From: the human T2T-CHM13v2.0 reference genome, Homo sapiens
Length of the DNA stretch: 64,000 nt
Direction: 5' to 3' (one strand)
Assembly: GCF_009914755.1 (NCBI RefSeq)
Contig: NC_060930.1
Shown here: positions 1 to 14,271 of the stretch, piece by piece
How positions within the stretch are numbered: position 1 is the stretch's first letter
Layout: each line of letters begins with the position of its first letter
Notes under the pieces: generated by a model
The model's input: the letters and a program-made list of their open reading frames with translations, nothing else
Told to the model about the DNA's origin: nothing
Databases searched by the model: none
Translations under genes and position numbers: made by a program

Positions 1-290
1 TTTAGGATCAGCTTGTTGATTTCTGCAAAAACACCAACAGGGATTCTGAAAGGGATCATGTTGAATCTGTAGATCAAAATGGAGGCTATGCCCATGCTAA
101 CATTATTGTGCCTTCCGATACATGAATATAGGATGTCTTTCTCCTTTATTTTGGTCTTTTAAAATTTCTTTCAACAATGTTTAATAGTTTTCAGAGAATA
201 ATTTTTACACTTCTGCTAAATTTGTTCCTAAACACTTTATTCTTTTTTATTTTATTATAAATACAATTGTTTTCTTGATTTCAAGAAAAA
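1..290 (-). mobile_element. Old L1M (L1MB/MC-like) ORF2-region fragment, cut by the window edge
   Basis: ttgaatctgtagatcaa...catgaatataggatgtctttc...aatttctttcaacaatgttt matches the reverse complement of mammalian L1 ORF2. Confidence 0.75.
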
Positions 291-779
291 GTTTTGGATT
301 AATTTTAAACATTTTTGTAACCACATGTTTTACTACTTAATTCTCAAGAAAGGCTTAAAATGATTTTTTTTTTAAATTTGCTCTCCTCATTTTTACTCCA
401 TGTTACAGAAGAATGCTCTTTTAAGGAAGAAACTATATAAAAGCATAGAACATGAGGGCTGAGACTATCCCAAGTGAGAGGTGAAGAAAGAGAAACGCAC
501 AGAGGCTGCACACCTGTCCTGAGTCAGGACAAGTAGCCGAGCCGGACCCAGGCCTGTCTCACTGGCTTTCTAGCCTTGTGCTGTTTTGCTAAGCCACAGT
601 GCAATGCAGGAGGAATCTCTTCTGCGATGAGATGACCTAAGTGTTTGTGAATTATTATAGCACATGTGGATAATGGAACCCCTATAATTAACTTAAATAC
701 ATACTTGATTTATAAAGCCTTAAACTATAAGATTCTCGTTAGAAAGAGGACTAAGAAAAGTTAGCTCAATGAATGGAGG

Positions 780-1070
780 GAAAGCCAGCTCTGTTAGTAA
801 CCAGCTGTGATATCTTACACAAACCATTTAACCACTCTGAAGTCATAGTCTCCTCTGTGTACTACTTGCATATTAACATTTGCCATGCCAAATCACTGGG
901 TACACTAATGTAGGTTAAATGGCATTTCTTACAGAAATGTAAGAACATCACTATGTCCTTGTTTGTAAAATAAGGATAGTAATAGTACCTAAAAGCTTTG
1001 ATGTTTAAAGGAGAAAATCTAGGTTTTCTGGTTATCAGTAAGTACTCAGTAACTGTTAGACATTATTATA
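780..1070 (+). mobile_element. MIR fragment(s), interrupted
   Basis: agctgtgatatcttacacaaaccatttaacc...gtaaaataaggatagtaatagtaccta...gtaagtactcagtaactgttag resembles the MIR core and 3' end. Confidence 0.55.
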
Positions 1071-2225
1071 ATGATTACATTACAATGTTAATGGTATCTA
1101 CAATTAAGTCTCAATGGAAAGTTAAGATTTCTTAGTTCTTTTATTAATAGATGACTACATCTCTTAATTCTCTGATTTTGAAAGTCTGAGATTGAGGAAA
1201 AATCAAAATAAACAGCCAGGCATGTGGGCCTACACAGGAAGCAATAATAAACATTTCTTGAATGACTTTGGCTTTCAATATTAACTCATTAACCTAGGAA
1301 AGAGAGTATGCAAGTAAAAGTATATCCATAAGACCGAGAACAACTAATAAGGTTTTTAGCCTAAACACTCGTTGGATTGAGATAATGAGTTTTGCCAGCA
1401 TTGATAGAATGAGAACAGAACTTCTGTTCACGCAATGCAGTAGACAACAAAAACTGCCACATTAAAAACCAGTATATGCTGGGTAAAATATTACTATTCC
1501 TATTTTGTTAAATACAAAGCTGAGCCTCAAAGAAATCAAAGAAAATCCCCAGGTGAAGGGGGATCTCCAGAGCACAGATCATGGGTGGGCACTGAGGAGT
1601 CTGGGCTGGAAGTGAAAATGGAAGGCCATCTCATGCCCTGGAAACAGGTTCAGCTTTAATATCTATCTGTGACAAAGGACAAAATTTTCAGGGTAGATTA
1701 CTAGAACCGTGTCTAACACACTATGTTAGTTATGCATAATTCTGCTTGCTACTTTTGTCAGTGCTATTATCTTAAGCAAGTGTTTTAATTTCTCAGTTCT
1801 CTTACCAATAAAATGGGATCACAATCCACACTAAGAATAAAATATCATGCTACAGGAAGCAGTGAAGCAAGGCTCAATGTGAGCAGTGGCAAGAGGGCCA
1901 GCAGGCCTGCATGGACCCTAAGGCAGTCGCTGAAATGGTGCATTGAGACTTGAAGGCTAAGACTACTTAAGAGTAAAGCTCACTCCTTCCATGAACCTAG
2001 GGAAAGTGAAGCCTGTGAATTTTACCAGCAGCAGACACCAGGCACAGCCAGAAGTGGGACTAATCCCACCTCCTCTGTGGCCACAAGGCAAGGGAATAAT
2101 AGCTCAGACCAGCAAGTCATCAGCTGAGACCAGGAGGCATTCAGAATGTACCACAAACACCTGAAGACACCACCTGCCCCTTTTCCAACACTAGGTCAAA
2201 TAAGCCACATCTACGTCCCATATAG

Positions 2226-2883
<658 letters not shown>

Positions 2884-3035
2884 TAGGTAGATGCCATCCT
2901 GAACAGAAACAAGAAAAGAAAGCACGCCTAGAAAAAAGCTTCAACATTCTGTTACATTAATAGCAGACACTGAACTTTCTTTTAAATTTTAATTTGCTGT
3001 TTTTGAAAAACAAGTATAAATTAACTGTTAAGGAC

Positions 3036-3484
3036 TATATTAGTTCCTAGGGCTGCCATAACAAACTCCCACACACTGGGTGGCTTCGAACAACCAAAAT
3101 TTCCTGTCTCACAGCTCTGGAGGCTTGAAGGTTAATATCCAACAGGGCCATGCTCCTTCGAGAATATCTACAGGAGAACCCTGATGCTGTCTCAGCATGT
3201 GATGGCATTCCTTGGCTTGTGGTCCAATCTCTGCCCCCATATTCACACCATATGAATAGTGCTTTCTCCAATGTGTGTCTATGTCTCTGGCTCTTCTTTT
3301 TATTATGTGGACACTTGTCATTAGATTTAGGGCCCACCTTGGTAATCCAGGATGATCCCTTCATCTCAAGATCCTTAACTAATTATAACTGCAAAGACCT
3401 CATTTCCAAATAAGGTCACATCAACAGGTTCAGATATTAGGATGCGGACATATCTTTCTGGGGGCTACCACCCAACCCACTATA
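3036..3484 (-). mobile_element. MaLR solo LTR (MLT1C/D-like)
   Basis: gggctgccataacaaa...tctcaagatccttaac...ctgcaaagacc...tttccaaataaggtcaca is the MLT1 reverse complement; near 5-bp TSD aggac/agaac. Confidence 0.85.
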
Positions 3485-3508
3485 AGAACGAAGGTTTAGA
3501 ATATTTGA

Positions 3509-3641
3509 GGCTAGGTGCGGTGGCTCATGCCTATAATCCCAGCACATTGGGAGGTGGGAGGATCACTTCAGACGAGGAGTTTGAGATCAGCCTGGGCAAC
3601 ATAGCAAGACCCCTTCTCTACTAATTTAAAAGAAAAAAAAA
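3509..3641 (+). mobile_element. FLAM_C-like free left Alu monomer
   Basis: Single left monomer ending gcctgggcaacatagcaagacccc followed by an A-rich tail. Confidence 0.85.
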
Positions 3642-3949
3642 GGGGGATACTTGAAATACATGATAAAACATGAGAGGGGCATTGTTTCCTCACTTAAACA
3701 TCATTTTAAGGGTAACTACATTCCTTTCGTGAGCATAATAGCCAAATAGGGTCTCCATTTGTAGAAGATTAATTTAGAGGTGATAAAGTAAGTTTCCCCT
3801 CTGTTTCAGCTCTGCAAGTTTTCCTCAGTTAATTTAAATAGCTCCCTGGGTCTCCTTCTTCAGGGGAATATACATCTTCTTATAATTTCAGACTGAAAAT
3901 TCTGTGTGAATTCCTGTGTCTACCAATTTCCTTTGTCATCATTCTTTCT

Positions 3950-4930
3950 TGCATCTTTCTTGTGGCATAAATTCCCTTCTTAAAATGCATTTTTAGAAGT
4001 TCCCTTAATGTGGAAAAATTAACTAGCTCGTATTTGAAAGAAGTTTTGCTAAGTGCACAGTTCAAGGTTGAAAATTATCTTCTCTTCCATGCTGACAGTA
4101 TTTTCCCACTGTCTTCTGGTTTGCAGTTTCTGCTAGGAAGAAGTGTGTTTCCGGTCTAATTGTCATTCCTTTGTAGGTAATGTAATGTCTTTTTTTCTCC
4201 TGTTAATGTAAAGATATTCCTGTTTTCTTTGGTATTCTGGGGTTTCACTCCAATGTGTCTACGCATGGCTTTCTGCTTGGGGTCCATGGTGCTTCCTGCA
4301 TCTGTGACTCTTTAATCAAGTCTAGAAATTTCTCAGCAACTATCTCTTTAGATATTGCCTCTTTTCACTCTATTTTCTTCTGGGAAAGGATATTAGACTA
4401 CTACTTTTACTTTCTACTCTCTTAATTTCTTTTTTTTGGTAATTTTCATCTCTTTGCTCTTATCTGTAATAGTCTGGGTTAATTTCCGTATAGCCATCTA
4501 ATTGTCCTTCAGCAATCTAATCTAAGTCGGCCATTTAACCCTTCCTTCTTCCCTTCCTTCCTCCCTTCTTTCCTCCCCTCCCCTCCCCTCCCCTCCCCTC
4601 CTCTCTCCTCTCCTCTCCTCTTCTCTTCTCTCTCTCTCTCTTTCTTTTTTGGCACATCCAAAGTTCTCTTTGGTTCTTTTTCAAACCTGCCTGGGCATTT
4701 TTACATTCTGTTCTTGCTTGCTTATTTTTTCTGATTTGACATCTTTATTTACACATGTTTTTGTAATTTTATATTCTGAATTAGATAATTCCAGTATCTG
4801 AAGTTTTGGGGGGACTTATTTATTACTTGTTATTTATGCTGACTTTGACTGATGGTGGTTTCTTTCCTTGTGCATTTAGTGAGAGTTCATGTTTAGTAAC
4901 CTTAATTTGCTGGAGACCAGAGGACATCAA
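3950..4930 (-). mobile_element. Ancient L1ME/HAL1-type ORF1-region fragment
   Basis: ttcccactgtcttctgg...ctaattgtcattcctttgtaggtaa...gaaatttctcagcaactatctcttta is typical of antisense old L1 ORF1. Confidence 0.6.
4538..4650. repeat. Polypyrimidine simple repeat (CCTT)n/(CCCCT)n/(CT)n
   Basis: Read directly from the sequence. Confidence 0.95.
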
Positions 4931-5107
4931 CGCAAATGACGGCTTCCTCCTGAGACAGTCACTGTTTGTTTCTCCTGGGGGCCAGGAGATACTAACACCT
5001 GGGATGCTCATCCCCTTCCAGAATGCACAGGTTAACAAGGTTCTGCTCTTCCCCTTGACTGCTATCTACTGATTAAAGAGGCTGGGTGTTCCCTAAAGAC
5101 CCAAGGA

Positions 5108-5229
5108 TATACATATACACACATGCATATATATATACACACACATATATATACACATATATACATATATATACATATATATACCTATATACATATATAT
5201 ATACACACACACACACATACACACACACA
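5108..5229. repeat. Compound (TA)n/(CA)n microsatellite
   Basis: Read directly from the sequence. Confidence 0.95.
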
Positions 5230-5495
5230 GAGTCCATGTTAAAGTTTCTATTATATTATAAAGCATACCAACATAACATCTCTATCTTCTATAACAAACA
5301 TTAAAGGAAAAAAACTGACAAAATTTGGAAAACACACTTTAAATTGCCAGCATTAAACTGAAAACAATGGAATTGCCTTTAAGACATGAATAATAGCCAA
5401 TTTATTAAAGAATTTGATTGCATATTAGGTCACAATCTTTTCCACAATGTATTACTTCAATAGAGATTTATTTTTAAAAACAAAATGCAACCTTG

Positions 5496-5713
5496 GACGC
5501 CCTCTGATGATGCCGTAGACGTAAGGAAGAAACCCTATGGGAGGTTCACTAAGTCCTACTAGGGACAGTTCTACTTACCACACTACACAAAATTACTTCT
5601 TTTTGACACCCTCTGATGATGCCGTAGACGTAAGGAAGAAACCCTACAGGAGGTTCACTAAGTCCTACTAGGGACAATTCTACTTATCACACTATACAAA
5701 ATTACTTCTTTTT
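5496..5713. repeat. Direct tandem duplication, 2 x 109 bp
   Basis: Copies at 5496-5604 and 5605-5713 align without gaps, with 6 mismatches. Confidence 0.95.
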
Positions 5714-6439
5714 CAAATGTATATTTCCTATGGCCCTGTGGCAATTTTTATTGTTTGTGTGTCTACAGATACACGATTGTATATGTGCATGCATGCATGC
5801 ATGCATACATACATATCTAAACATTATCCATCCATATCCAAATGGTACTTGAAGTAACCAAAATTTGTCTAATAAAAATTCTATTCCATTGCTCAATACT
5901 TCATCCAAAAGCTTTTGATTTAAAGATTTTTTTGGAGTTAGATAAAGTACAATGACAGTTTGGACAATATTCATTGGAAAACAGAAATCATTCCAATTTA
6001 TCCTGAACCCCACATGAACCTCCGCCTTGGGGCCCTGCATTTTTCCCCTGTGGTAATCTCTGGCCACCCCACTGTGAACTGCCTGGGCCATGGCTCAGTG
6101 GAGACAGGGTGTGGAAAGAAGAGACACTGAGAAGGTCATGGCTGACTGAGCAGATGACTGAGATCAGAGAGATCATACCTCATTTGCTCACTAAGTCCTG
6201 CCAAGAGCAACACTATTTAACTGCAGGTACTCAAAATCCAATAGGCACGTTTAAAGGAATCTCAGGCTTAAAAGAGGACAATTCACAATGTGCATTTGTC
6301 TGAGATAGCTACCACCTTTTGGCAACTATTTAAAATATGTGTATAAAGAGAAATGTTCAAACTACTTTGCTATTTGTATCAAATGTTCAATGCATTTTCC
6401 ACTGACAGTGAGATAATTCAAATTTGTAAGTCTTCCTTT

Positions 6440-6638
6440 CAGGTTTTCTCCAGTTTGGTACTATTGACATTTAAGGAGGAATAAGTCCTTTTTATTGCTG
6501 GTTGTGCTGTGCTTTGCAGTGTTTAGGAGCGTCACTGGCCTTTACCCAGTAGATGCCAGGAGCACCCCCTCAATTATGTTCACAGGTGTTGCCAACTTCC
6601 CCCTGGGGGGACAAAACTGCCCTGGTTGAGAACCATGG
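6440..6638 (-). mobile_element. MER20 (hAT-Charlie)
   Basis: actattgacattt...ctggcctttacccagtagatgccag...ggggacaaaactgccctggttgagaacca. Confidence 0.8.
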
Positions 6639-6859
6639 CCTTAGTCAAATAAAACAACCCCACAAAGACAAAATCCCCAAAATCAAAAAAAAATGTATAG
6701 CTTTTAAGTACCTCTATTCATTCGATACACTAACAAAACTATCGGGGAACTAATAAACATGAAATATTTAAATCAGGATGAGACAAGGGTGAGTCTTCAT
6801 TTAACACTGCAGTGAATCTATAAGCCTGGCCTTCCAACGAGGGTCTAGGCTGAGGGCAC

Positions 6860-7520
6860 ACATTTGGGAACTATTTATGTATGGATGATATTTCAAGTCC
6901 TGAGGCCAGCTGAGACCACCAAGAAAGGAATGTTAGCAACAAAACATAAATGGTCAGAGAACCAAATACACTGATGCTATAATGTTTACAGGCCAGATGA
7001 GGAGGAAGCAGTGAGGGGAAGCAAGGACACGGGAGTATCCTAACAGTCTGGATAGTCTGTATCCAGGAGGGAGTGATCACCATGACTGCAGGTCAGAAGG
7101 ACAAAGACAGAAACGTGACCTTGATGGGAGAGCTTCTGAAAGAGGTGGACAAAAGTCCAAGGAAGGAGAGGGCTCAAGAAAGAATGGGGGTGAGATTTCG
7201 TAGACAAGGAGCACAAACAGCTTCTGAAAACTTCTGCTGTCAGTGAGAGAAGGGGGTGAGACTGGGAGGACTGCACTTCAAGATGGGCATGAAAGCAGCC
7301 TCTTTGCATGCTGAGGGAAAGATCCTAGTGATGACGGAGAAACTGATCCAGGAGAGAGGTGAGAATTGCTGATGCCAAGTCTTCAAGGAGGTGGTAGCAG
7401 ACAGGAGCTCCAGACAGACAGCTCCTCCAGGGCACAGGAGAGCAGGTAGGGAGAACACAAACGCAGGAAGGCAGAGTTCAGATGTTCTGAGGACTTTTCT
7501 TCCTGCTCAAATCTTAAACA
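6860..7520 (-). mobile_element. L2 LINE fragment
   Basis: Purine-rich, diverged sequence resembling antisense L2. Confidence 0.5.
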
Positions 7521-7949
7521 CACACCCCATCCTGACTACACGACTCAACCCCGCCTCGCTCACCTCTCCCACTGTCTCTGCTCCTACGCCGTGAACTGAG
7601 TCGGAGGGAGAACCTTCGCACACCTATGCTGACTGCGCTCTCCAGCGAGAGCTAAGCTCGTGCTGCCTGGTCATGATGACCTGCAACTTCCTGGTCGGAT
7701 CTTCCTCCTGTTCACCTCAGGAGACATTACCATTAACTCTAGTTCGCTTCTCCTTTTACCCCAAGCTAACACAACTTTCTGGATGGCCCTGCATGGTGAA
7801 TGGTCTCACCCTGCACCCAGTAGCCCGGGAGTCCTCTTTGATTCCTTTCTCACTCTTCCATTAGTCAACTGCTCATCAAGTCCTTCTGAGTCTGTTTCTT
7901 CAGCAGTCCTAAATAACTCCCCATCCCAGCCTCTAGTAGGCCACAAATG

Positions 7950-8480
7950 AGGTGGCTGCTCAATGCAGATTCCCCAAAGCATGCTTTGGTGCTCTTTCCT
8001 ACTTCACATGGTTCTAATGGGAGTAGCCTAACCCTGCCATCCTGACTGCACTGATTTATTCAAGGTAAGATCCTGGCCCAAGCTGGCCCAAAGCACCACT
8101 CACTGGCTACTGGGACTGGTTGAGGGAGTGGAAACCTGACCAAGGCCCTACCCCAGGCCATTCCAGATGGAGTTGAAAGAGAAAACAGTTTTCCTCCAAG
8201 TGGCAAGACTGAAAGGGGCAGTGATCCTAGTTCTAGTTTCATAGAAAAAACTGGACTGAAAAGATGAGGCCAAGACAGAAAGAAAAATGGAGACAGAAGA
8301 TAAAAAGGGAGAATCCTGAAGATATCTGAGTTACTGGTTCCAGCTGTCCCTGAAATCGGACGTTCCTGCCATTCCCATACTTGGGTAACACCCATACAGC
8401 GCTATCTTCAATTATTTCACTTAAGCTTAGCGTGAGGTTCGCTTTTTGCCATTTCTAAAGCCAGAGTCCTGATAGACGCA
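7950..8480 (+). mobile_element. ERVL-type LTR (LTR33-like)
   Basis: gactggttgagggagtggaaacctgacc...ctggttccagctgtccctgaa...cttaagcttag...agagtcctgata resembles the LTR33 family. Confidence 0.5.
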
Positions 8481-8499
8481 CAAGCACAAACTCAGCGAA

Positions 8500-9112
8500 T
8501 AATTCCATCTGGCCCAGGCCCTTATCATTTTCTTTACTGGATTGCTGTCACTGCTACCAGGTACTCTCTTTGCCCTGACTCTCTTCCTGCTCTGCACCTG
8601 TCCTGAAAACTCATGACTTCCAAATGCAAATGCAACCACAAGCCTCTTTCTTCAATGGCTATAAACTGCCTATGGGCCGGAAGCTCCTGTGTGCCCTGTC
8701 ACCGGCCCCGTCCCCAGCATCTCCTCCTGCCCTGTCCCCCTCACAGCTCTCTCCAGTGACATCCTACTGTGTGCAGACCCCCCAGCATGCACAGGTGTCT
8801 TCTCCTTCTCTGGACGGCCCCTTCTCTGAGAAACATCTGTATCCACAGCTAGTTCCCAACTGCCTGGCACTCCAAGTGTCATCTCAGTGGAAGGGTTTCC
8901 TGACTCCTCCCCTGGTGGGGGCTGTCCCTCTTCTGTGCTCCTCCATCACCCTTGCACAAGCTACCTGCTCTCATTACACTCCACTGCAATCTTCAGTTTA
9001 CTCACCTCAACTGTGAGCTTCTTAAAGACAAGCATTCTATTCTGTCTCTCTAGTGTCTCGCCAGTGTCTAACACAGTATATAACACATGATAGGTGTTCA
9101 ATCAACATTTTC
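8500..9112 (+). mobile_element. L2 LINE 3' fragment
   Basis: Ends actgtgagcttcttaaagacaag...ccagtgtctaacacagt...cacatgataggtgttcaatcaacattt, the L2 3' terminus. Confidence 0.7.
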
Positions 9113-9837
9113 TGCAGGGAGAGGGAGGGGAGCAGGGCTATTCCACAGTTTAAACAGGAAGGTATCTTTACATTTACACATGTAGGACATAATGAACCTG
9201 ATTCTCTTATTGCTTCTGCCATAATTCCAGAGTCTCAGGAATGATTAAATGCTTCCACTGATACATTTATTTTTCAAGGACTTGCATACTAATAAGAATA
9301 AAGGTAATACCACAGATGCCAGTTCAGAACAAAGAAATTATCTGGTCACACTAGGCAGCTTGTCTCTCTTCTGACACGTATTAGGGTTCTTCTCTGCCTT
9401 CATGTTTGTAGGGACCTCTGTATACACTTTTACCTCTATAATCAGAGCTGTAGCAAATAGAGGAGGGATGTGAGAAGGATAAAAACTTTCTGTTGTGACA
9501 GAGAGAGTATCAAATTCAATATATTCAGTCTATGTAAGAATGAAAAACACTGGAACAATATAGAGATATGTATATCATCTTCTGAAATCAACTCCTTTTT
9601 GCAGAAATGACTTATTTGCATTAAAAATGACTTATCCCACATCGTTCCACATCATGTTTGGGCTTTACTTCAGAATTGATAGAGCTATTTCACAGAAGGA
9701 TAATGTTCATACTTCTGTTTGAGGACACTCATACTGAAACCTCTTGGATTACAATTTCTCTTTAGCTCCCATCTCGACTCGGAAGTGTAGTGACATTTAA
9801 GAAGTAAGGCAGAGCCACTTCCTAAAATTTCACACTC

Positions 9838-10318
<481 letters not shown>

Positions 10319-11233
10319 TTAACAAAAATAGTATTGGCTTATAGCCACCCAGCATAAAGACTGCAAAGTAACGAAATCTTCAAAAGACCTTTGATTCAAA
10401 TTCTTGATCTGATAGAAAATTGGGACAAGATAAATGTCCATAAAATGATGCAATCATGTCTCCTTCCACAAGAATCTTAGTTGGCTCTAATGACAGTTTC
10501 TGTTATTCTCTTCTGTCACAGAAAAGTAAATATAGGCAATACCCTGAAAACAAATACATACAAAAGATACTTATTCACCCAAGGAAAATAAGTAACATTG
10601 CCTCCTCTGTAATAACTATTGCTAATTATTGATTTGGACTTCAAGCAGTTTTTCAAGAAGGGTCAGACTCCAAGAACAAGCACAATTAGAAATAAAGGAT
10701 GACTTCTAAGAATTGTGTGCCAGTCAGAAAACACTGTCTTAGTTGTCGACATACAATATAAAGTAATACTAAGGAATGAAAAATGCAAGGAAGAGAAATT
10801 ATGGCTTTCTTACTAGTGACTTAGCCTCTCTGCTTGAATCATATCTATAACTTTTTGAGGTTCTTTATAACTGTGGGGTTCTCAGCCACAAGCCTAATGA
10901 GATGAATGGGCATGCAGGAGGCAATAGCGTGCCTCTCAAGCTCACCAGAGCAGCAGCAGAGACTGAGCCTGTGTGGCAACAGGAGTGTGGCCCAAGGTAC
11001 ACTTTCTGGAAATTAGGTAATGAGCAAAAAAAGCATTTGGTCAGTACTAGATGAGATGTTTTTAACACATACTGACAACAGACCATAATACGCAAGGAGA
11101 TAAAGTTTCACACTTTTTTTTCTTGTGGTTGGTTATAGTCGGGTTGGCTTGAAATTTAGAGTATGCACATACGGTTACAGAGGCCCTTGATAGATTTGCA
11201 TGACAGTAATGTCTGTGAACCCAATATTCTTCA

Positions 11234-11375
11234 CGCCTGGGGTCATGGCCTGCACCCGTAGATCCAGCCACTCGGGAGGCTGAGGCAGGAAGATTGCTTA
11301 AGCCTAGGAGTTAGATTTCAGCTTGGGAAACATCGTGAAACCCTGTTTTCTAAACAACAAACACCACCAACAAAA
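11234..11375 (+). mobile_element. FLAM_A-like monomer
   Basis: Monomeric Alu; TSD cccaatattcttca (11220-11233) / cccaacattcttca (11379-11392). Confidence 0.8.
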
Positions 11376-11904
11376 ATCCCCAACATTCTTCAAATCACTC
11401 AGGAACAAATACTGTGAAGAGAATCACAGAAAAGCGGACTTAACAACCATGTAAAACATGTAAACTACAAATAATTCTAAAACCGAAGGTATCTGTCATT
11501 CAGCAGTATCCCTGACATGGTATTCCCAGGATAGTGTCTATAAACTAAACACCATGAAACAGTTTTTTTTAAAGTTAATAGACTGAGTTACAAGACAGCT
11601 TAACAGTTTAGTCCCAGTTTCTATGTCACCCATGTGGCAAAATTTCAGGTGAAAGATTTGCTTCCATATTTTACTTCATCACTTCCTTTTCTCACTAATT
11701 AAATTTAGAATTTAGCAAACCTAAAATGAAAAATAAGGAAAGGAAAGAAGCAACAAAAAGTCAAACAGGAAGAATGGTCTTGAGGAAAAACTAGAGGGCC
11801 AGGAAAGGCAGCTAATGTAACTGGAAAAATACTCACTGGGGCAATGAAATGTGATGGAAGGGGCAGGCCACCAAAGGAGCCACACAAGGTAATGGACAGT
11901 CACA

Positions 11905-12125
11905 CAGTTCCAGGGTCAAACCACATGAGTCCAAATCCTATATCCTTCACTACTATGGGAAAGTAATTTCACTTCTCTAAACTCCTGTCACCTTACCTGT
12001 AAAATGGATATAACTACAACTACTTCATCGTTTTATTATGGGGATTAAAAGAGATGAGTGACAGAGCATCTGGCACATGGTCAGAACTAAATAAGTGTTA
12101 CCTGCTATGCTATCATCATTACTAA
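11905..12125 (+). mobile_element. MIR
   Basis: cacttctctaaactc...cctgtaaaatggatata...ctggcacatggtcagaactaaataagtgtta. Confidence 0.75.
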
Positions 12126-13609
12126 CATCACTAACAGTCCCGTAAGTTGAAACTTTTCAAAATTCTAAGATATTAGCTCAAGAGCACTTTACACTTCTCA
12201 ATAAGAATTTGTGTTTAAAAATTCCAGTATCAGATGCACTTAGAATTCAGCCAAAGAAAGGGGGATATGCTGAAAACATCAAGCAGGTACGGAAGGCTTT
12301 CCAGGAAGTGATCACAGGGCATGCTCAGCCCTTGGCTGCAGAAAAGGAGGAGCGTGTGTCAGGTACAGCCCCTGCACCAAGACTCAAAGTGAATGGGCAC
12401 AATAGCTACCAGTGGGCATGTGCTGGCAGCCCTCCTTTGGGCAGGAGTGCCAAGAAGCTCTCTAGGCATGTTTCACAAGGAGCACTCAACTATTGCAATC
12501 CCCATCCCCCAAATCTGGCTCAGAAAAGCGATTTCATTTTAATAACCATCAATCTTAATTAATATAGCAGAATTCAATGGTGTCTAGCGAGTTCTGCACA
12601 TTTTTTGGAAAGAAGTAGATAGATCATTTTTCGCATATGGTATATTAGCTCATTTTAGTGCTGGGAGTAGAAGAGTAGATGAACTTCTTTTCCTATATTT
12701 TCAGTTCCCTGTCTTAATATTTGCTTCCTATAGGGAAATATTTCCCTGTGCTTGCAGATTTATGAAACATTCCTCAATGTCCAGCACTCCCAATTAAATG
12801 TTCTCTGTGAACTTGGGACCACACAGTCGTCTGCCAGCCAGAATGGGGATATGCTGGTACTAAGGTTCTCACCAACCTATTTTGTCTTCCTCAAAAAAAA
12901 TTTATCAGTGTTCCTCTGAGAAACACCTTCATCCTCCTTAAAACAAGGTTTATTTCTTATGTACAAATTAACTGTTAGGGTCATAAGAGGCACTGGGGCC
13001 AGGGTTGAGCTCTTTCCTGGGTACCTCTACCAAGCCTTCTTTACACTGTGTGGGCATTAGGGCCTCCCTTATTCCTCTGATACAATTGTGCTGAAAACCC
13101 ACCTTTCTTGCTGCCAGGAGGGTTTCTCTGTGACCGCACTGATGTTCACTTCCTTACTTGCATACCCTCATGGGCTGGTTATCCTCATGTACATCCTGCT
13201 TTAGCAGCCTTTCAGGAATCTTAAACTTACCAACAGAAATAGAAGGCAGACGCAAACCTTCTGAAACATAAAATCTGGCTTAATCTGGGAATTTTTTACT
13301 CTAGGAATCATTAGAGTTTGTCCACACCAGAAACATCTAATAACAATATCTGGGAATTAGCCCATAAACAACAGAAGCAAAGACCATTATTCTTCTAGCA
13401 TTTAATATTCAATATCCCATAAGTTACTTTACCAGATCTTACCTACTTTACTTATCACTTACTAAGCTCTGAAACCTTAACTTTTTTAACTTGTTCAGAG
13501 AAAACAAAGTCATATGTTCCTTTATGCATTTTCCCCTTTATTCCTTCTGTTTATTAATTTTAAGTTGCGAGGTGGCACAAACTGAGCTTACTTCTCTAGG
13601 TGGGACATT

Positions 13610-13810
13610 AGCAGCAGTGATGGTAATAATAATGACGTGCTAATAACTTCACTTCCACGATTTCCTTTAATGCTTATAACAACCTTAAGTGAACACTATG
13701 ATTACCCCATTTTAGAGATGAGAAAACTGAGACTCAGAGAGATTGAGAAACTGGCCAGAGTTGTTCTAGTATGTAGTAGAACCTAGACTGAGTCCAAGTA
13801 GTTGAACACT
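13610..13810 (-). mobile_element. MIR
   Basis: attaccccattttagagatgagaaaactgagactcagaga, the MIR core. Confidence 0.8.
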
Positions 13811-14105
13811 TCTATATCCTTACGTGAACCACTTAAAAAGGGGAACAATATTCCATAACAAATAGTGGAAAAGAAAGTTTTGACTCAAACTAAATTTCAA
13901 AAACTTAAGAATGTTATTTTGAAGAAAAATTTCCACTTACAATTAACAAAATTTAAATTACAACTGCATCTATGTAATTTTTGTTAGTCTAGTCACAAAG
14001 TAAAGTAAGGTTTTCTTCTTGTAATTGACACAACCATATACATTTCATGTAAGATTTTTACAGGACCATTAAAAAAATACATGTATCACTTAAAAAAATA
14101 CTTGA

Positions 14106-14271
14106 AAAAATTAGCCTGGTGTGGTAGTGTACACCTGTCGACCCAGCTGCTCAGGAGGCAATGGCAGGAGGATCTCTCGAGCCCAGGAGTCCGAGGCTGC
14201 AGTGAACTATGATCACCGCTGTACTCCAGCCTGAGCACTGTACAACACAGTGAGGCTGTGTCTCTATTAAA
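14106..14271 (+). mobile_element. FRAM / AluJ right monomer
   Basis: Right arm only; TSD aaaaaaatacttga at 14092-14105 and 14272-14285. Confidence 0.8.

Noticed and set aside
5086-5304. Low-complexity ORFs (YIYTH-rich here; R/K/E-rich at 61502-61783)
   Set aside because: They are translations of microsatellites.
5504-5550. Hammerhead-ribozyme-like core (CTGATGA...GAAA...GTT) in each copy of the 109-bp duplication
   Set aside because: Stem I cannot form (ccct versus cact), stem II has only scattered pairs, stem III needs a bulge, and the motif is antisense to the host transcript. An Infernal search with Rfam hammerhead models would settle it. The same TGATGA has no suitably placed D box or terminal stem for a C/D snoRNA.
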